From Flaccisagitta enflata (taxonomy: Eukaryota): DNA of 64,000 bases. This document shows, in pieces, positions 56,640 through 64,000 of this stretch. The position numbers and the translations under genes are program-made. The notes under the pieces were generated by a model. It was not told the origin of the DNA. It saw only the letters and a program-made list of their open reading frames with translations, and did no database searches. Each line of letters opens with the position of its first letter. Position 1 is the stretch's first letter. The stretch spans positions 41,602,001-41,666,000 of the forward strand of contig OZ231126.1 in assembly GCA_965153355.1 (NCBI GenBank), given 5' to 3'.

Positions 56640-57545
56640 TGTTATTTTTTGATATCGAAGTTTATGTTTTAATTTCGAGTGTTTGTTTTAACATTGGATG
56701 TTTGTTTTGATATCGAATGTTATTGTTTTCATATGAAACATTTATGTTTAAATATCGAATATTGATATTAATATTATTGAATGTTTATGTTTTAATATCC
56801 AATGTTTGTAATCTGATATGGAATGTTTTGTCTTAATATCGAATCTGTTTTAATATCTAATGTTTATGTCTTAATATTGAGTGTTTATGTTTATGTTTCT
56901 ATATCGAATGCTTTTTTTAGTATCGAATGTTTATGTTTTACATCGAATGTTCATGTTTTTATATCAAATGCTCTAGTTTTGATATTGAATTTTTATGTTT
57001 TAACATTAAACGTTTATGGTGATTGTTTAAATATACGTTTAAATGTTTATGATTCAATATTGAAGGTTTATGTTTTGATATCGAATCTTTGTTTTGATAT
57101 CTAATGTTTTTGCTTTAATATTGAATGTTTATGTTTTATGTTAAATGTTTGTTTTATATTGTATATTTTTTATATTGAATGTTTAGGTTTTGAAATTGAA
57201 TGTTTGTTTTAATATTGAATGTTTGTTTTAATATTGAATGTTTTTGTTTTGATATCTAATGTTAGTTTTGATATCGTTTGTTTATGTTTTGATATCGAAT
57301 GTTTATTTTTTCAATATCGAATTTTAGTTTTAATAGCTAATGTTAATGTTTTAATATCTAAAGTTTATGTTTAGTATCGAATGTTTATGAATAAATATCA
57401 AATGCTTATCTTTCAATATTGAATATTTATGTTTTATGTTAGTACTGAATGTTTGTTTTGATAACAAACTTTTATATATATGTTAATATCGAACGTTTGT
57501 TTCAATATGGAACATCTACGTTCCAATGACGAATGTTTGTTTCTT
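56640..57545. repeat. Degenerate ~20-bp AT-rich minisatellite (atatcgaatgtttatgtttt)
   Basis: Directly visible. Confidence 0.9.
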
Positions 57546-57825
57546 TTTTTTTTATGCTCATGTTCCTTTTTTTTGTCACATACACTTACATGCTTGTTTA
57601 TGCACATGTTTACACATGCACATGATTACACCATACATTGAATAGAGCTTCTCAAGGTCTATCCGATGGTGAAATCCGCATGTCTCTATCTTCCTTTGTT
57701 TGCATTTCGCAGCCTCTTAAAGTAGAGACGTGCTTGTTACGCATTTGGAAACGTTCGTTTCGCAGTCGCGGTTGGGAAAGAAGCAGGAAGGTATTTAAAC
57801 AATGACTTTCGCTGTGATGCCACGG

Positions 57826-57946
57826 CTCGCAGTTTGGTCTAGTGGTTAACGCGTTGGACTTCAACTGAAAATGTTTCTTATTGCTGGTGACATTTCTTTG
57901 TTGAGCTGCGAGTTCGAACCTGGGGGAAATTATCGAATTTCTTTTT
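57826..57946 (+). promoter_or_regulatory. tRNA-derived Pol III internal promoter (A and B box) with T5 terminator
   Basis: TGGTCTAGTGG at 57835-57845, AGTTCGAACC at 57911-57920, TTTTT at 57942-57946. Confidence 0.7.
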
Positions 57947-58244
57947 CTCAAGGTTAAGGTATTCCGATTGAGCTGAAATTTTTTCAGGCAACAAAGTCAA
58001 GCATAAGCTTAAAGAAAATGTATAGATTATGACAGTTTGTGCAAAGATGTGACTGAGAGGGGACCCTCCAAAAAAGCCGTCTTTGAACTAAACGTACTGT
58101 ACCTCATGGCGAAAATGGCGAAAAAGTTACATTCTGAATTACATGATTTTCAGCAATAAGTTGTCATAGACAAACAACTTGTTCGGTGAGCCGTTATGAT
58201 ACAGAAATGGCACTTTAAACTGTAGGCATAGTCTGGGATTAGTT

Positions 58245-58440
58245 TGGTCTTGAATCCAAGTCTTTACTATGGTCCAATATGGCCAAGATGCCATGTCAAT
58301 GTCAGGACTAAAAGATGAATAAATGTCCCTCCATGATGTGGGAGAACATCAAGCCCTCTTACTAACAATTTCGCTACGAAAGTCTAATGAGGCGCATGGA
58401 GGCAATAGTCGATGGTAACAGAGGTCTTACCAACTACTGG
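58245..58440 (+). pseudogene. Tc1-family transposase C-terminal relic
   Basis: VLNP..(shift)LLWSNMAK...MWENIKPSY*QFRYESLMRRMEAIVDGNRGLTNY resembles the Tc1 DLNPIENLW ... W..I ... SM.RR..AVI...G..TKY pattern; in-frame stops. Confidence 0.7.
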
Positions 58441-59259
58441 TCGTAATTCTAAAATTTTTTCGGTGTTTATTAATGAATAAATGAACTACAACCCATCTCG
58501 CCGATATACTTTTTAGCAAGATAATACGCGTACGCGAATTAATTCAACATTGAACGTGTCAAAATTGTTTAACTCAGTCTTGGTCTCAGGTACGATAGGT
58601 GGAACGATATCCCTCAGTGAGGGACCCTCTCTATACCCAAACTGAAAAATTTGGAAGAGGGCCTTGTGAGCCCTTACTGACTAGTCACTACGTTCATCAC
58701 TCCTAGTTTTCAATTTAGCAAAACTAACTTAGAAAAAATCCATTCTGAGTCTAACCCAAAACACTAATGCGTACCAAAATATCAAAGGGCAAATGACTGT
58801 GAAGTTTGCTAACCCACACTACATCATGTGTGTCAAAAACTGTTGTTTGTCGCAGCCTCAAAATGTCATGGTACGCCTCTTCCGATGTTGAATAACATGT
58901 GTACGTAAATGATCACATTATTCAACATGTAATAAGCTGCCGAAACTTGTATGTGATCTCCATTGCAGCCTCAAAATGGGCTTGTCTTGAGGTATGCAAA
59001 TATGAAGTATGGCAAATATGTACGTTACCATCAAGCTCATAAAATACGGACACCTGGAAAGAAGCACAAACTTTGGAACGGTGCTTTTTCTAAAGGCATA
59101 AGTGTATGGCGCTGAATCTCAAAAGGCCGTCGGCAACCAGTTTTAAGTCCGAAAGAGTACAAAGCTCGAGAGAGTTTCTTACTTCTTTAGTCTCATACAA
59201 GAAGTGACAGCCCAAATTGATAGAAAGGCACACTTTCTCACTCATTCTCCCCCTCATGC

Positions 59260-59757
59260 TTTTTGGGCAGCGGCCCCGAAGGGGTCGATGACCTATGCTT
59301 TCACACAGGGGGATTTTCTCCTTCTCCTCCTACTCCTCCTTCTTCGTCCCCCCCCACCTCCAGGCCCATATCTCAGCTTCAAGGCCCATATCCCAGCCTT
59401 GAGGCCCAAATCCCAGTCTTGAGGCCCAAATCCCAACCCCAAGGCCCAAATCCCATCTTAAGGCCAAAATCCCATCTTCGAGGCCCAAATCCCAGTCTCA
59501 AGGGATTTGGGTCTCAAGACTGGGATTTGGGCCTCAATGCTGGGATATGGGCCTTGAGGCTGAGGTATGGGCCTGGAGGTTGGGGGAGGGGGACGGAGGA
59601 GGAGGAGGAGGAGGAGGAGAAGGAGAAAATCCCCCTGTGTGAAAGCATAGGTCATCGTCCCCTTTGGGGCCTCTGCCCTGCTCCCCCTCAACTACCAGCA
59701 TAACCTACTCAGGCAGGGCACGGGTACCGCTGACCATCTAACGCTTTTGCGACTGTT
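59260..59757 (+). mobile_element. Family F foldback element, close relative of 5388-6056 (a further degenerate copy at 60935-61405)
   Basis: Near-perfect palindrome 59265-59678 plus tail ggcagggcacgggtaccgctgaccatctaacgcttttgcgactgtt. Confidence 0.85.
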
Positions 59758-62735
59758 TATCCTGTTTTTCTTTTTCTTTTATTCTTTTTCCACAATCCAC
59801 ATGGGCTTAAGTCCGACAGGAGTGTAAGTCTGACAAACAGGGACGTCGGCTGACTTCCCTCCCCTTTTCACCCATGCCTAAAGGCAGGGCGGGGGTAGGG
59901 GGCGTGGAAATATGTCAATATCTTCATATCATAGTATCTTAATATCTGTGTATCTCGATATTTTTGTATCTTGATATCTTACATCTAAAGAAGACGCATT
60001 TACTGGACATCTCTTGGCCTTCTTAAGAGGGGTGAAACCCAAAAAACTGTAAAGAGAGTGTCAATTTCAAAATTGGTCCATTCCTGGTTTAAGATTGTAG
60101 AGTAATCCTACCTTATGAAGCCCAATTTACTGGTTGCTTGGGGTTGCTTGGGCTTGCGCAGGAGTGCACTAGCCCAGACCCTCTGGGTTGCTCGGGGAAA
60201 CATCGTTTGCAAAAACTAGTTTGTGTGACATGATTTAAAGAAAACTGGGTGGTGTGACATGAAAAGGAAGATTTTGGGCTATGTGACCTACATTGGTGAA
60301 AACTGGGTGATGTGACATTCATCGTAGAATTTCGGGCCGTGTGTCATACTATCTTGCTAGTAAGTATATCAACATCTGAAAACAAGCTTTAACTTTGCAA
60401 GAAAAGTGCTCCAAAACAGATAAAGTTACAATTACCAGATTGGTCGCAATTTAACGAGTTAAAACAATTATTCAAAATGAGACCAATCTGGTAATCATAG
60501 CTAGCTTTAATTGTTTAGGAGCAACACTCTTCCAAAGTTGATGCTTCTTTTGAGATGGTGATGTATTCATTAGCAAGATAGTACAGTGGAGAAATCTGAA
60601 TTGCGTGACACATGCACGCACGTACGTATGTACGAGCATACTTGTAGACAACTCTGCAACTCTCAAACTTCGGTGTTCCACTAACATGAGACACAAAAAA
60701 AAATCTTTTAAGAGAAACTTTTAACAAAAGTTAATGAAGGACTTTGATGGGCCGAAAACAGATGTTTAAAGATTTCAAAAACGTGTTCTCTCTTCTTTTT
60801 TTTTCTTCATTTTTGGTCTCTGAGTAGCGATTTTATAAGAGACTTTGTCCGTCAGTTGGTCCGTTGGTTTGTCCGTTTGTTTGTCGGTATGTTGGTCCGT
60901 CGGTTACTCCTGAGTTGGAAAATTAGAAATTGCGTTTTTGGGCAGCAGCCTGAAGGAGAACAAATCCTGTAGAACACAGGGGGAATCTGCATGACTGTCC
61001 TTCCTGCCCCCTGCCTCATCCCTATGTAGGTCCTAGCCCTCCAGGCCCAGATCCTGGCCTCCCAGACCCATGTTCTCACCTCCCAGATCTCCAAGAACCC
61101 GACACTAGCCTCAAAGAACCAGATACTAAGCCTTCAGACCCGGATTCTGGCCTCCAATACTCGGATCCTATCATCTTTCACACAGATCCCAGTCTTAGAG
61201 ACCCAGATTTTGGTCTCAACGGCCCTTATCTTAGTCTCCAAAACTTTCCATGGTACAGATCTCAGCTTCCAACACCCAGATCCCAGTCTCTGGGACCCAG
61301 ATGATGGACGGTTGGACAGACAGATTTTGTCCCTTTCATGTATGCTGCCCTGCTCCTCCCCTCAACTCAAACAACTAAAGCAGGGCGCAGGTACCGCTGA
61401 CCATAATCTTAATTTTAAGGCACACCAAGTGTTGGGAGGAGGGGCGGGTTGAAGAAGGGGGTATGGAAGGGGGAAGGGATAGGTCAGAAAGCAGACCAGA
61501 AAACAGGTTTAAAGGGTCAACCATTTTCCAACCTTATTTTGATAAAAAAAAACTCGTTTTTTCTTTCAAAAAATGTTGTGGACATGTCATTTGGTTGCAT
61601 ATTACTAATTAGAACGGACTTGGATCCTTTGATAGACACTAGATGTACTGTACAGGACAACAAAGCGGTAAAAACCTCATCAAAATTGTCATTTGATGTG
61701 ACAATTTGTTTCTCAGTTGCTTACATCCACGATGATAACGCAATTAAAAAATCGGATCATAGTCATTTTCTCTTTTTATCTCCCCTGAGTAACCTTTCAA
61801 GATATGCCAAAAATTTTCACCAAGATTTTCTCCCCCTCCAACTATGGAAATACACTTAATTCATTGAAAAGGTCATGTGACAAATAAAAACTAAGAAATA
61901 TGGAACTTTCTTTTTTCTCGGCTTAATAACCATACTTCCCGTCCTCCGATTAAGTTGAGATTTTAGGACAAGATAATGTATTAACTAAGGCTGGTCCATG
62001 TCAAATTTCAAGTTATTCGGTCAATATTAAGTGGGGTTTTGATGTCATTTTGTGTAATTTTCAAGCAAATTTTAGATTTTCGAAAAAAACATTTATTGAG
62101 CGGGAAATTGCCGATCTTGGGATAGGATAATTTTTTTGCATAAACAAAAACATACGTTCCTTATGAATCAATTTTTGGGGGTCTGTATGTTCTTGGATTT
62201 TGCAATTTTTCAATTTCTATGCAAAACGGCAATTTCCCGTGAAGACTGTCAAGTAATAAAAAGAAGACAACTTTTTTGCACTTTTTGAGTATACAACAGA
62301 CGTAAAGTTAGGCCCCCATATTAGAAAAGTTATTAGAAAAGTTATTTCAGGTCTTGTTGATGATTTTCTACCTTCCCTGGAGTAACAGATTTGGTTTTAC
62401 CATCATGGGTAAAAGGTGATTTCTGGGAAGATGTCCAACTTTGGCCTCAAAATAAAAAAACTTTGCCTAACCATGTATTTTGCATTGATTTTTGTTTTTT
62501 TAGTGTCCTAATACATAGCTAGACCATATTCCAAGAGAGTTATGACCCATATGAAGATTTCATTATTTAGACCCTCTGAACGCCTATATCGGCTCCTTCC
62601 TTTGCACCATGTCATAGGGAGTCGTGCGCCCCTGCCGACGTATTCGCGTTACTTGTTAACTTGAACTGTCATAAATGATATACGCTGTCTGTCTCGGGTG
62701 AACTTTAGAGCGGGATACACGGTTGTCACGGCAAC

Positions 62736-63021
62736 TTTTTTAGATGCGTCCTCGCATCTCTATAAGAGGATCTGTTGGTCCGCCCGTCCGTCCGTCGGTC
62801 CGTCGGTCCGTAACGCCTGTGCAAAAACTGCGTTTCTCGGCTGTTTTTGGCCTCCGTGAGATCCTATACTGAATCAAATGATCGACAAACATGTTTTGAG
62901 AGTCTCCTTTACTTCTCAGTCCTCTCATCTGTCAGTTCGTCCATCTGTCTCTCCATTCATGTCACATGTTCAATACACGCAGAGACACAGTCTGGATGCA
63001 TCGTTGCCCGGTCGGCTTGTT
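62736..63021 (+). mobile_element. Full HINE-like monomer family E
   Basis: ttttagatgcgtcctcgcatctctataagagg..(GTCC)n..ggatgcatcgttgcccggtcggcttgtt. Confidence 0.88.
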
Positions 63022-63384
63022 CATGGACGGATGGGCAGGAGCGGGAATCTCGAAAAAGCGATTTTTTGACGGAGAGATGGACGGACCGGCAGACCGATGG
63101 ATGGACCGATCGAAATGTGGCTTTTAGGCTAAGAATTATAACTGGATTGTTTTTCAAAGTTACGATCCCGACCATCAGAGGCCGCATGTTTGTAAATTTG
63201 ATTGTCGACCCTTATCTATGACTTACTATAAAACATGTTTGCCCGATTTACGTTACAGTTTCTCGAATTCTAAGCTGCCCGAATCCAAATTCACGTTCTT
63301 ACATTTAATAATCAATCAGACCAACGGTTCTTTTACAGAGAATTTTCGTTTAAAGCATCAATTGTCCTCACACGAAAGGAAAGA

Positions 63385-64000
<616 letters not shown>

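Larger units (their letters stand above)
49402..58099. mobile_element. TA-flanked interval with ~460-bp inverted arms (about 49402-49865 and 57640-58099); one large TIR element or two inverted half-copies
   Basis: TA|cagtatgtttagttcaaagacggcttttttggagggtcccc ... ggggaccctccaaaaaagccgtctttgaactaaacgtactg|TA; homology continues inward to gatagaaacatgcggattt. Confidence 0.75.

Overview
Eukaryotic, most likely invertebrate-animal, genomic DNA that is AT-rich and saturated with microsatellites. Nearly all entries in the ORF track are repeat artefacts. Real coding signal: (1) a minus-strand multi-exon gene with six phase-consistent GT-AG exons between 13805 and 20, running off the left edge, encoding a RIM-binding-protein-like SH3 plus an FN3 domain; (2) a plus-strand ORF from 63385/63403 to the window end with a signal-peptide-like start and a ~98-codon poly-Asn tract, missed by the ORF track because it has no stop; (3) an isolated class-A GPCR TM7/helix-8-like exon; (4) a GC-richer island (~27.5-32.6 kb) with a frameshifted long ORF and a spliced mini-gene. 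The rest is dominated by non-autonomous DNA elements: at least five families with DINE-1/HINE (Helentron-derived) architecture, TA-, TTAA- and 8-bp-TSD MITEs, and a Tc1 transposase relic. The most striking structures are an 8.3-kb array of 131-bp units built from the hairpin end of a HINE, with swapped spacer variants, nested in a TIR element, and a TA-flanked ~8.7-kb interval whose ~460-bp inverted arms each hold an outward-facing tRNA-like Pol III promoter cassette. Family assignments rest on recalled motifs, not database searches. The organism cannot be identified from the sequence alone.
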